Virus record (IMG/VR): IMGVR_UViG_3300007764_000002
Span: 1-39,400 of that record
From: a virus
Lineage: Duplodnaviria > Caudoviricetes
Length of the DNA stretch: 39,400 bases
Strand: one strand, 5' to 3'
Below the pieces are notes generated by a model that was not told the origin of the DNA, searched no databases, and was given only the letters and a program-made list of their open reading frames with translations. Numbering within the stretch: position 1 is the first letter of the stretch; each line of letters opens with the position of its first letter. Positions 25,819 to 34,398 of this stretch are shown one piece after another. The translations under genes were made by a program, and so were the position numbers.

Positions 25819-28409
25819 TATACCCCTCGGCCTCTCAGTCTATCCACAATGGATACCTTGGCACCGCCCTGCTCATAGGCCCATGTAGACCCTGAGTTTT
25901 GGTGAAGTCTCAAAGTGAAGGCGTTACCTGCAATTCGTTGTAATACCGGATTATTCCTAACCCCCGTAAGAACTTTACGGATACGTGGGTTCGTACCGGC
26001 ACTGGCCCTATCAATTGCAATCTCAGGTGTATCACCACTGAATACATCACACGTAACTGATCCTGAGTTCTTTGCAAGGTTTAGCTGTAAGTCTGATAAG
26101 TATGAAAAGGCATAGACATCGCCCGGTTGTATCGGCGTGAATACAACGTGGCTTGAAATATCTGTCCCGTCGTCGGTAGTCGCATCAGAATCAAACGCTC
26201 GAATGTAGCTGTCAAAGCCACCCAAAAGTATTGCATTGTTCTCCGGGTTATCGGCATTAAACTGGAGCACAGCAGTAGGACCATGAGCAATCGGATACTC
26301 GTCTGGCCAGAAGGCGTCATTTCGCTCATCCCAAAACCAGTGTTTCGGAGCAGTCGTTGGCTGTGATAGAGGGGTAATAAAAACATGTACCCCCTGCCAC
26401 TGCGGATCGTATATCAGGCGAACATAACTTGTCGAGATATCCACATCCGAGAAAGTTTTATCGAGCCGACCTTTTGAGATAAGTTCAGGGGCTGGATTTG
26501 CCGTATCCATCTTGTACAGCCCGTTTATGCCGAAAAAGTAAAACGTGCCAGACGTATTCCACGTCCATGCTTGACCGCCAACGATGCCGATATTCCGAGT
26601 TATATTATCTATATTACCACCCGCCGCTGGATCACCACGCATAATCCAGATCGAGTTTGATCCCCCCATCAGCATCACATCATCCTGATAAGGAGCTAAA
26701 GCGGTAAGAACGTCACCGAGCTTACCGGCGTCGCTATTGTTTCCTGCAACGGCCTGCGTTGCTGTAGTTGTTGCCGGGCTGTAGTCCCAGTCGAACGGAT
26801 CGCCAGATTTAGACATGAACCAGTTTTGCGGGTCTTCCCGTAGTCCAGCCATTACAACCCGACCTCGGTAGACTGTAAGGATAGAGCACCCGAGTGTAGT
26901 ATCGTCACTCCCTTGCGGAAGAGTTCCCGCCGAAACGTCTGTAGCCCAATCGTTCCAGCTATTGTCCGCGTACTTTAAATACCCATAATTCGCAGAGGTT
27001 CCGTCACAGAAAAACATATTCTGGAACGCTTCAGCCCCAAATATAACTGGGGGCGTACCTAGTACTCCCGATCCCGAACCAACAATAGAAAGGCTTGACA
27101 AGTCAGTATCTGATCGGTACACACTCCCACCCGAAACTACGATAAGTCTTGATTCCCTCGCGGTAGGATTCAACCCAGCATCTGTCCAATCCCACACCGT
27201 GGCAGTATATACTCCACCAGTTACTGTAGAAAAAGCTACCATGCCTCCATCAGAGTTAAAGGCTCCTACTTGACACTGATCGGTGATCGGAGAGGCCGGA
27301 TCAGAAAATGCTACAGGAGTACCGGTTGAGACGTCGTAAACGAGTGTGGTAGTAGCTCCCCCTCCACTCTCTCGTGCTGCAACTACATACTCTGCTGATG
27401 GATGAGAAGTTAACTGATTCGCATTCCCACCCAGTGATATCGACCCTCCCGCCGAAAACCCGGTCGATGCGTTATACGAAACAACATATAAAGTAGACGA
27501 GGAAACAGAAGTGTATGCAACGTGGGCGGAGTTATAGGTAGTCGTTAATACTTGAGCCTGTACCGTCGATGCAACCGAGTCCAGAACAGACCCAAAACCA
27601 GTTGTCTTACTAAAAGTTCGTGCGTATATATGCGACGTATCGGCATGAAAAATAGCGGTGTCATCGTCAGTCCATGCTAAGCCGTTCGTATATGGTACAC
27701 CGGTTAACGTATCGATGAGAGTTCCAATTCCCGTTGAGGAAGAAAAGTTATAAGCCCTTATCCCTCCCTGTGTAGCAACCAGAACCACATCACCTGCATG
27801 ATTAAACGCTACACGATACCCCTGTTCATTACCACTAGGGTCAAAATCAGTAGAAGCTCCGAATGTGCCATCCGTATTATAAACATACTGGCGGACCGGA
27901 GCATTATATTGACTGCCCAATGTGGTAACAATCCATCCACCGTCTGGACTTATTTCGGCTGCCGTGAATATCTGAGTTTCTGTATCAACGACAGATAACG
28001 CTCCTGCCGTTAGCTTAATACTGTTCATGGCCAGACTCGATGTTAAAGAGTTGCCCGTTGTAATGAACATATCTGCGGTAGGGTGCCATGATAAGGTGGA
28101 ATAGTTACTTGCGGTGATACTTCCAGTCACCACATCATCAATCTTTGTGCTAAAGCCAGCCGTCTGCACAAGTGAAACTGCTTCCGTCGATTGACCTAAG
28201 AACTGAATCAGATTAGAACTATTAACTGCATCAGCAAAAAACTTGCTTTGGCCTGTTCGCTGGCCGCCCCTGTTTCGGCGATCTAGGGAATCATATGCTC
28301 GGACGTTTAAACAGTCAGGGGTAGATCGGTCCGGCTGAGCCGACATTGCCATATTCTCTATGTATCCACGCAGGGGGAAATTCAGCGGTGTGAGACTTGG
28401 AACTGGCAT
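25818..28409 (-). CDS. Tail nozzle / tubular protein B-like with inserted beta-propeller
   Basis: 863 aa beta-rich; YRGRVV.AG...PQNWFMSK.GDP.DW, GIVG..AW, W..DE pattern; follows the adaptor gene. Confidence 0.7.
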   Translation of the reverse strand: MPVPSLTPLNFPLRGYIENMAMSAQPDRSTPDCLNVRAYDSLDRRNRGGQRTGQSKFFADAVNSSNLIQFLGQSTEAVSLVQTAGFSTKIDDVVTGSITASNYSTLSWHPTADMFITTGNSLTSSLAMNSIKLTAGALSVVDTETQIFTAAEISPDGGWIVTTLGSQYNAPVRQYVYNTDGTFGASTDFDPSGNEQGYRVAFNHAGDVVLVATQGGIRAYNFSSSTGIGTLIDTLTGVPYTNGLAWTDDDTAIFHADTSHIYARTFSKTTGFGSVLDSVASTVQAQVLTTTYNSAHVAYTSVSSSTLYVVSYNASTGFSAGGSISLGGNANQLTSHPSAEYVVAARESGGGATTTLVYDVSTGTPVAFSDPASPITDQCQVGAFNSDGGMVAFSTVTGGVYTATVWDWTDAGLNPTARESRLIVVSGGSVYRSDTDLSSLSIVGSGSGVLGTPPVIFGAEAFQNMFFCDGTSANYGYLKYADNSWNDWATDVSAGTLPQGSDDTTLGCSILTVYRGRVVMAGLREDPQNWFMSKSGDPFDWDYSPATTTATQAVAGNNSDAGKLGDVLTALAPYQDDVMLMGGSNSIWIMRGDPAAGGNIDNITRNIGIVGGQAWTWNTSGTFYFFGINGLYKMDTANPAPELISKGRLDKTFSDVDISTSYVRLIYDPQWQGVHVFITPLSQPTTAPKHWFWDERNDAFWPDEYPIAHGPTAVLQFNADNPENNAILLGGFDSYIRAFDSDATTDDGTDISSHVVFTPIQPGDVYAFSYLSDLQLNLAKNSGSVTCDVFSGDTPEIAIDRASAGTNPRIRKVLTGVRNNPVLQRIAGNAFTLRLHQNSGSTWAYEQGGAKVSIVDRLRGRGV

Positions 28410-28422
28410 AAGGTGTCCTTAA

Positions 28423-28454
28423 ATGTAAGTGTCCCGGTTAGGAGACACTTGCAT
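28423..28454 (-). terminator. Intergenic hairpin (terminator or processing site)
   Basis: 13-bp stem ATGTAAGTGTCCC/GAGACACTTGCAT (two GU/mismatch positions). Confidence 0.5.
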
Positions 28455-28457
28455 GGT

Positions 28458-29246
28458 TTATCGGAGATCGTTACCGTCGGAATCAGTCTCGTCATAGCTG
28501 ACAAGGCAAGAACGGTACACAAACTCAATATCGTGAATCAATACTTCCTCACCGTCCGTGTCATTGTGACCGTCTGTAATCAGAGTGAAGTAGACGATGT
28601 CGTCGCGATTCAACGAATTACTCGACAAGTCAACAGTAATCCACTGTTCCGTTGTACTCAGGACCGTGGTAGGCTTGGTGGGATCAAGGTCAGAACCCAA
28701 GGCTGAACCAGCAGTCTTGACATACACCTTGGAATCAAGTTGTACATCGTCGTCTGTGGACTGCGTAAGTTGACTCGCCAGTACGCGGACTTTAAGAACG
28801 TCAGTAGCCTCATCGTAGTCGCGGGGAACCTGCCAACGGATAGTACCGATGGTATCTTGAGTTTCCTCGACTTTCAAGACTTTGGCATTCGTCTCATCAG
28901 CAGTACCCTGCAAAGAAGACCGAAGAGCAGCCACATCAGTAACGACCTTATTAATAGCTGCGGCACATTCTCGCACGCCATCAATAAGGGACGCACCATT
29001 GTCGCCAGCAGGATCGACAAGGGTAGTAATGTCGCCGTCCTGCGTACCACCAATTGCCCCGGAACCCTCAGTCAAAGCAGCGGCTGTAGCCGTAAGATTG
29101 GCGGCCTGCATGATCTGGTTAAGGTTCACACCGCTTGCTCGTGTAAGATATCCGGAATCATTGTACGGGGAACCATCAGAGTGAAGACCGCCGCCCGTAA
29201 CGATCTGCTTCACTGCGTACAAGAAATTGTTTAAACTAAGTTTCAT
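28458..29246 (-). CDS. Virion structural protein of unknown function
   Basis: Acidic 262 aa in the structural operon, AAGGA RBS. Confidence 0.7.
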   Translation of the reverse strand: MKLSLNNFLYAVKQIVTGGGLHSDGSPYNDSGYLTRASGVNLNQIMQAANLTATAAALTEGSGAIGGTQDGDITTLVDPAGDNGASLIDGVRECAAAINKVVTDVAALRSSLQGTADETNAKVLKVEETQDTIGTIRWQVPRDYDEATDVLKVRVLASQLTQSTDDDVQLDSKVYVKTAGSALGSDLDPTKPTTVLSTTEQWITVDLSSNSLNRDDIVYFTLITDGHNDTDGEEVLIHDIEFVYRSCLVSYDETDSDGNDLR

Positions 29247-29278
29247 CTTTGTTCCTTTCGGCTTGGAGACCTAAAAGG

Positions 29279-30307
29279 TCAACCATTAAACGTAACTGTG
29301 GGACGCTGGTATAGCACATCCCTAAAGTATTGAATCGACCCACTCTGAGCCGATCTATTCTGCGATTCAAGTTTTTGCGGGGCACTTAGGGCATCCTGCA
29401 TATAGCTCTGCGGCAAGCAGACCTGCCTGTAGTATTCCCAATCCGCCCCAGTCTGAGACTCTCCATCTTTTTCAACAATCGCCAAGCACGCGGCTTTAAT
29501 CGTTTCATCATGGCAGAATGGGGCGGGCGAAACATCGTCCAGATTAACGAGGCTATCGAAGTGCACTTGGTACGGAAATTCAACAGTCAGAACTTCATCT
29601 GGAGTTGGATACACCATCAACTCCCATCGCCTACGCGGAGTACCAGATGACATAACTCGAACAGCAGCCCAATACGGATCACCTGAATCATCGGTAATAT
29701 TCGCACGCCACTGACGAATTAAAGCCTCACTTTTCCACTCGATTCCAATCCCTTGATCTGTACCCGAAGCATACGTTATCTGCCCCGTATACATTCCCTG
29801 AAAAGTTCGTGGAAGCGTGAAGTTTCCATCAGATGTAATACTCCACGTTGTACCAGCCGTTCCAATTGCGGTTGCATCCCCATATACCTTAATCTGCGTA
29901 GCCGATACATAGTCAGAGATCGTATAGGTATCCACATCAGTAACGGTAATTTCTTTCTCTTCCATCGATTCGTAGAATGAGTCAGTGTTAGCCGTTATCA
30001 AGGTTTTATCCGTGACAGTATCATAACCAGCGGACACAACAGTCTGCGTACTATCCGCAGCGATTGAGTTCCAGATCGAGACTGACGCAGTAGGGCGAGT
30101 CCACCGCCATCCATGAGGCTGAGGGGCATCATGGATAAACATGCGAATGGCATTGTTTACATGCCGTTTGCACTCGTCCAACTCATATGCCGTATTGGGA
30201 ATCTGAGCTTTCTCATCCCCGTTTTCACCATAGTACGCTACTCGTGCTTTTCTGGCGGTTTCAAGGATGAGGTCTTGAAAGGTCAATACGCTCGTAGGTT
30301 CTGACAT
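29279..30307 (-). CDS. Head-tail adaptor (tubular protein A-like)
   Basis: LTFQDLI...VNNAIR..I......W.W, FTLP, L.VYPTPD, HDETI pattern; follows capsid genes. Confidence 0.7.
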   Translation of the reverse strand: MSEPTSVLTFQDLILETARKARVAYYGENGDEKAQIPNTAYELDECKRHVNNAIRMFIHDAPQPHGWRWTRPTASVSIWNSIAADSTQTVVSAGYDTVTDKTLITANTDSFYESMEEKEITVTDVDTYTISDYVSATQIKVYGDATAIGTAGTTWSITSDGNFTLPRTFQGMYTGQITYASGTDQGIGIEWKSEALIRQWRANITDDSGDPYWAAVRVMSSGTPRRRWELMVYPTPDEVLTVEFPYQVHFDSLVNLDDVSPAPFCHDETIKAACLAIVEKDGESQTGADWEYYRQVCLPQSYMQDALSAPQKLESQNRSAQSGSIQYFRDVLYQRPTVTFNG

Positions 30308-30323
30308 CGTTTACTCCTTAAAG

Positions 30324-30362
30324 AAGCAGGAACCCCGCCCTCTTGACGGGGTTATCCTGCTT
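30324..30362 (-). terminator. Terminator-like hairpin after the capsid/decoration genes
   Basis: AAGCAGGA-ACCCCG / CGGGGT-TCCTGCTT long GC-rich stem. Confidence 0.6.
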
Positions 30363-30367
30363 TAGGT

Positions 30368-31213
30368 TCAAGACCTCTCTTGATAGGCGTAACGAATCCA
30401 GTCAACTGCAAATGACTGGGCAGCACCCGTACCAGTTTTCAGTGCCATCAGAGGACACAACGTGTGCGATTGATCGACCGTACTGTCAACAGTTTGAGTT
30501 GCAACTTTCACACCGTTGATGTAAAAGGCAATAGTCTGATGACCGTCAAAACGCATACCGAATTTAAATTCAGTGTCCGCAGCCACATTGAATCGATCAC
30601 TCGAATCAATCGCCGTAGCCTGAGTGGCAGTTGCCAGAACTTGGACTTTCGTTCCACCGTCTTTCTGGTAAACGATATCGAAGCCATCGGTATCATCCTT
30701 CAGAATCTGACCGCCGATGAACGAATTTGTGGCAATAAGACCCGCACAATCAGCCGCAACAACATCGACCGTCTGTTGAGCTTCCTCGCCAAGGCCAACG
30801 AAAAAGCCTTGATCTGCCAAGGCACCGATTTCAAATCGAGCTTCAAACCACAGTTTGTTACCCGAGTTCTTGACGATCTTGCCAAATGGCTCGGCCTGAA
30901 TCCCGATGGCGTCATTGTCCGTCGCACCAGTCTGCAAGTCCAGATAACCCTTGACCTCAGATGCTTTGTGAGTAATCACAGCGTCATCTAAGTCTGTGTC
31001 AAGAATCAGACTTGTAGGACCCCACGACATGCTCGCAACGATTGCCGCCGTCACAGTAGTGCCAGACGGGATGCCGGGGCCACCGACGAAATCTTCCTCG
31101 GCATAAACCCCAAGACCAAGATCGTTCAGAAGAGTTTTAGGACAATCTGCCCAAATACTCGGACTAGGACGATCTGCCGCACCAGCGTTTGAAAAGTTTA
31201 CTTCAGCAGGCAT
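30368..31213 (-). CDS. Putative capsid decoration/minor capsid protein
   Basis: Directly after the MCP; beta-sandwich-like pattern (FEARF, FYINGVKV, VDWIR). Confidence 0.6.
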   Translation of the reverse strand: MPAEVNFSNAGAADRPSPSIWADCPKTLLNDLGLGVYAEEDFVGGPGIPSGTTVTAAIVASMSWGPTSLILDTDLDDAVITHKASEVKGYLDLQTGATDNDAIGIQAEPFGKIVKNSGNKLWFEARFEIGALADQGFFVGLGEEAQQTVDVVAADCAGLIATNSFIGGQILKDDTDGFDIVYQKDGGTKVQVLATATQATAIDSSDRFNVAADTEFKFGMRFDGHQTIAFYINGVKVATQTVDSTVDQSHTLCPLMALKTGTGAAQSFAVDWIRYAYQERS

Positions 31214-31244
31214 AAATTAAATTCCTTATATTAGAGTTCTTCTT

Positions 31245-31295
31245 CGTGAGTTACCGCCTCACGCAAGAATCCCCCCGGAGTTACCGCCTCCGGGG
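31245..31295 (-). promoter_or_regulatory. Twin hairpins with an identical loop between MCP and decoration genes
   Basis: GAGTTACCGCCTC at 31248-31260 and 31278-31290, each closed by a different perfect stem. Confidence 0.7.
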
Positions 31296-31312
31296 AGAGT
31301 TAAAACTGAGAC

Positions 31313-32431
31313 TTAGGAACCGGGAATCGCTTTGTGAAGCACGAATCCAGCAGTTCGCCGGTTGATACACATGTTGTTGTGGGAGCCATCAAGGAAGACA
31401 GTAGCCGTGGTATGCTGACTACGATCAAACATCGGCTCGCCCTCTTCCATCCAATACCCATCCTGCACGAAGGGGATCAGCTTTGTCCAATCCACGCAAT
31501 AAATCGGGGCAGGCGACGCACTGTTGCCACCGCCATCAGTGACGGTAACGTCATCCAGCGGAGGAACGTACACAACCGGCATCCTGTTAAAGTATACCGT
31601 GCCATCTTCATTGTGCAGCATTTTGCCGGCAAGGTCTTTAGGACCGTTATTGTCGTCACGTTTGTCACCGAGGTCCTCTAACTCGGTGCACGTGGAGTCA
31701 TCAGCGTACAACTTGATGGGGTTGCCGACATTATCCATGCCGGGCTTATTCACGAACGGAGCAGGACGGAACCGCGTTCGACGGACTGCCTGACGAAGTT
31801 TACGAAGCAGGCTGTTGTCAACCTTCGTGTAAATGTCGGCATAGTTCCGCCACTTCGGTTCGGAGGAAGCATCGATGCCCGCACAGATCGTACCAGTTGT
31901 ACCTCCCTGATACCGGATCGTCTGAGCATTGAAGCCGCCCGTAGTGCTGCCGTTGTCGAGATAATTGACGTAGTACGGCACGCCATAGGGATACTTCTTG
32001 TCCGTTGCAGAAGTAGGCGTCAACCACCCACGTTCCTCAAGCAGATCGGCAAGGTCCCACATTGCTGTGGTCCGACGGGACTCAATCAGGTTGATGAAGC
32101 CCTTAGAACTGTTACGTTGACGCAAAAGCTCCAACACATCCCACGAATAATCCACACCAATCTGAGTCCACGGAACATCGATCTCGTGCTGGTTGCTGTC
32201 AACCGTAGGCTGATCGGTGTCATACAGACGACGGTAACGTGCCCGACCGTTATTGTCGAGAACTACGTTACGTTGAATGGAAGTACCGCCGTCGATCTGC
32301 CGACGATGCTTCTGGTAAATGTTACAAAACTCATAATTCTGATACGTCCACATGACCTCAAACTGCTTCTTCGGCAAGTCTTTTAAAGTCGTAGCAATCA
32401 GATCAGCAAGAGCACTATTATCAACACCCAT
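31313..32431 (-). CDS. Major capsid protein
   Basis: 372 aa, directly after an acidic scaffold, AAAGGAG RBS; LADLIATTL, GGTSI and C-terminal N..C.NRR..F pattern of podoviral HK97-fold capsids. Confidence 0.8.
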   Translation of the reverse strand: MGVDNSALADLIATTLKDLPKKQFEVMWTYQNYEFCNIYQKHRRQIDGGTSIQRNVVLDNNGRARYRRLYDTDQPTVDSNQHEIDVPWTQIGVDYSWDVLELLRQRNSSKGFINLIESRRTTAMWDLADLLEERGWLTPTSATDKKYPYGVPYYVNYLDNGSTTGGFNAQTIRYQGGTTGTICAGIDASSEPKWRNYADIYTKVDNSLLRKLRQAVRRTRFRPAPFVNKPGMDNVGNPIKLYADDSTCTELEDLGDKRDDNNGPKDLAGKMLHNEDGTVYFNRMPVVYVPPLDDVTVTDGGGNSASPAPIYCVDWTKLIPFVQDGYWMEEGEPMFDRSQHTTATVFLDGSHNNMCINRRTAGFVLHKAIPGS

Positions 32432-32452
32432 TAGGGTTTCTCCTTTCTTATG

Positions 32453-33571
32453 TTACCCGTTAAAAGCTCTTGCTAAGCCCTGAGCGACGCGGTTTTCCAG
32501 TTCTTTCCGACTGCGGGGGCGACCCGTTATATTGGGTTGTCCACCAGTACGTTTAGTCGGTCGAAGCGAAATTCCTTTCTCTCGTGGTTTAGCAGACTGC
32601 TTGATCTTTTCCCGGATAGCGTGTTCTGTAAAATCCCTCGACACAATATCGTGAGCATTCATCAGGGCATCCTGTAAAGGTACTTCCTGACGACGGAGAT
32701 TGCGAGCACCAGTTACGATATCGAAGGCTGTCTGCAACAAATTGTTACGAGCTTCGATCTGGTCGTTGTTCAAGCCATCAGCAGGATTGCCATACAATTC
32801 TTGGTAGCCCTTCAACTCATCGCTGCCAAAAAAGCTATCGACAAATCTGCTGACTTGCTCTGCTTGAGCACTTTCAATCTCCTTGTGACTGGCTTGAATC
32901 TGAGGAATCATTGCATTCACTGACTCGGCCATCTTGTTAAACGGCCCTACAATCTCGGCAATGATTTCATCATCCCCATATTTCTCTTGCAGTTTCTCAA
33001 CATCCAAGGTAGGAATTGCATTGACACTTCCTTCCGAAGTTGAGGGCTGAACCGGAGCCTGTCTTTCCTGTTCCTGCGACTGTTGACCATCACGAGCTTT
33101 TCGACCTTCTTCAGCCCATGCTGTCAATTCTTTATTACGGTTGTTGTGCATTCGTTCTGCAGTTTGGAGGAACTTCTCACCCAGCAAGTTAAGGTTCTCG
33201 GTGATATCCTGTTCTGTCCAACCGTAAGCCTCTAGTGATCTTCGATGAGCGTCAGGAAGGGTTAGAGCGTCAGGGTCGTCCCCATCGGCTGTAGCTTCCC
33301 CAGTTTCACTGTCTTGAACCTCATCTCCTTCACCATCTTCACCATCTTCACCATCTTCTGAGATATCCCCATCATTATCGGGGTCTTCTAGCTCATCGAT
33401 GGCAGCAAGATCATCCTCATCCACGTCTCGGTCGGAAAACACGACATCTAACTTCTTAGCAATGTCGTCTTCCAACGCTTTCCGATCAAAGTCTTCAACC
33501 TGATCTGCGTTAGTTTCCGGTACTACTTCTTCATCAGCATTTAGTTCCGTGTCTTCATTCGGGTCAGCCAT
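32453..33571 (-). CDS. Capsid scaffolding protein
   Basis: Very acidic N-terminus, helical middle, basic C-terminus; start moved to ATG 33571 (AAGGG RBS, downstream of P5). Confidence 0.75.
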   Translation of the reverse strand: MADPNEDTELNADEEVVPETNADQVEDFDRKALEDDIAKKLDVVFSDRDVDEDDLAAIDELEDPDNDGDISEDGEDGEDGEGDEVQDSETGEATADGDDPDALTLPDAHRRSLEAYGWTEQDITENLNLLGEKFLQTAERMHNNRNKELTAWAEEGRKARDGQQSQEQERQAPVQPSTSEGSVNAIPTLDVEKLQEKYGDDEIIAEIVGPFNKMAESVNAMIPQIQASHKEIESAQAEQVSRFVDSFFGSDELKGYQELYGNPADGLNNDQIEARNNLLQTAFDIVTGARNLRRQEVPLQDALMNAHDIVSRDFTEHAIREKIKQSAKPREKGISLRPTKRTGGQPNITGRPRSRKELENRVAQGLARAFNG

Positions 33572-33635
33572 AATTTCCCTTTCGTCCTGTTGTTTAAACG
33601 TCACAAGCCTCGCAGTTAAACTATGTCCAAGCTTA

Positions 33636-33663
33636 ATTATACCACATAGAATCAAAAAGTCAA
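33636..33663 (-). promoter_or_regulatory. sigma70-type promoter P5 for the scaffold/capsid operon
   Basis: On the - strand TTGACT-TTTTGATTCTATGTGG-TATAAT (16-bp spacer), same family as P1-P4. Confidence 0.8.
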
Positions 33664-33690
33664 GTCAAACTACCATAAATCTCGAAAAAT

Positions 33691-34032
33691 TTACGACTTT
33701 TCTTCAAACCCTACTGCTCGTAGGGCCTGTAACTTCTGTTGTCTGGTTCGAGCTACGGGGATGCCGTACATCTCGTCCGATGGGTCCATCGACACGTCCA
33801 CATCGGGGCATTGCCCTTTAAACGCTAGAATTTCCTCGTCATCTGTCAGGCCGATGCTGAACATCTCAATCGGTTTATGGTACTCTAGCTGAGTGTGCGG
33901 GGCAGTCGGCACCGTATGCAAGGACCCCCTAGCTCCGCACTTCTCGCAGTCCGTAAGAGCTTCATCAGTGATATGCTGGAACTCTTCCTGCACATTATCA
34001 CACTTTCGACAATGATATACGTAGAGTGGCAT
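33691..34032 (-). CDS. FmdB-like zinc-ribbon protein
   Basis: MPLYVYHCRKCD...CEKCG. Confidence 0.85.
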   Translation of the reverse strand: MPLYVYHCRKCDNVQEEFQHITDEALTDCEKCGARGSLHTVPTAPHTQLEYHKPIEMFSIGLTDDEEILAFKGQCPDVDVSMDPSDEMYGIPVARTRQQKLQALRAVGFEEKS

Positions 34033-34034
34033 AA

Positions 34035-34397
34035 TTATCCTTTCTCCTTTTTCCCAGCCGCAGCCATCTTCTGGAATCGTTTTTTCCCATACTTTTTCCT
34101 GCCGATTGCAGCAGCCACGGCTCCCGGATCACTGGGAGGGTTCTTCTCGCTTGCAAGTTTTTTCTTAAGGGCCTTAAACCGAGACCCACTGCCTACGGGA
34201 GCAACAGCATGCTTGTCGCCCGTATTGGATTTCTGTGCCTTAGAGACAGAGGCGGGTGTCCCGTGGTCAAGGTTTGGTTATCCCGCTTTCTTCGTTGCGT
34301 AATAAATCGTTGCAGCGTGCGTCTTAATCGTCGCCTCTGACGCATTTGGGTACTTCTTTCTCATCGCTCGTTTTATACCTTCGTATCGTGCTGGCAT
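34035..34397 (-). pseudogene. Basic 120-codon ORF interrupted by one in-frame TAA (34278-34280)
   Basis: AGGAGG RBS, MPARYEGIKR...TKKAG*PNLDHG...GSGSRFKALKKKL...PGAVAAAIGRKKYGKKRFQKMAAAGKK; fills the portal-FmdB gap exactly. Confidence 0.65.
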
Positions 34398-34398
34398 C

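Noticed and set aside
33331-33358. 9-nt tandem repeat (GED)x3 in the scaffold gene
   Set aside because: Ordinary low-complexity acidic linker
34278-34280. Alternative genetic code (stop reassignment)
   Set aside because: All large genes are intact in the standard code and TAA terminates many of them; only one interrupted ORF was seen
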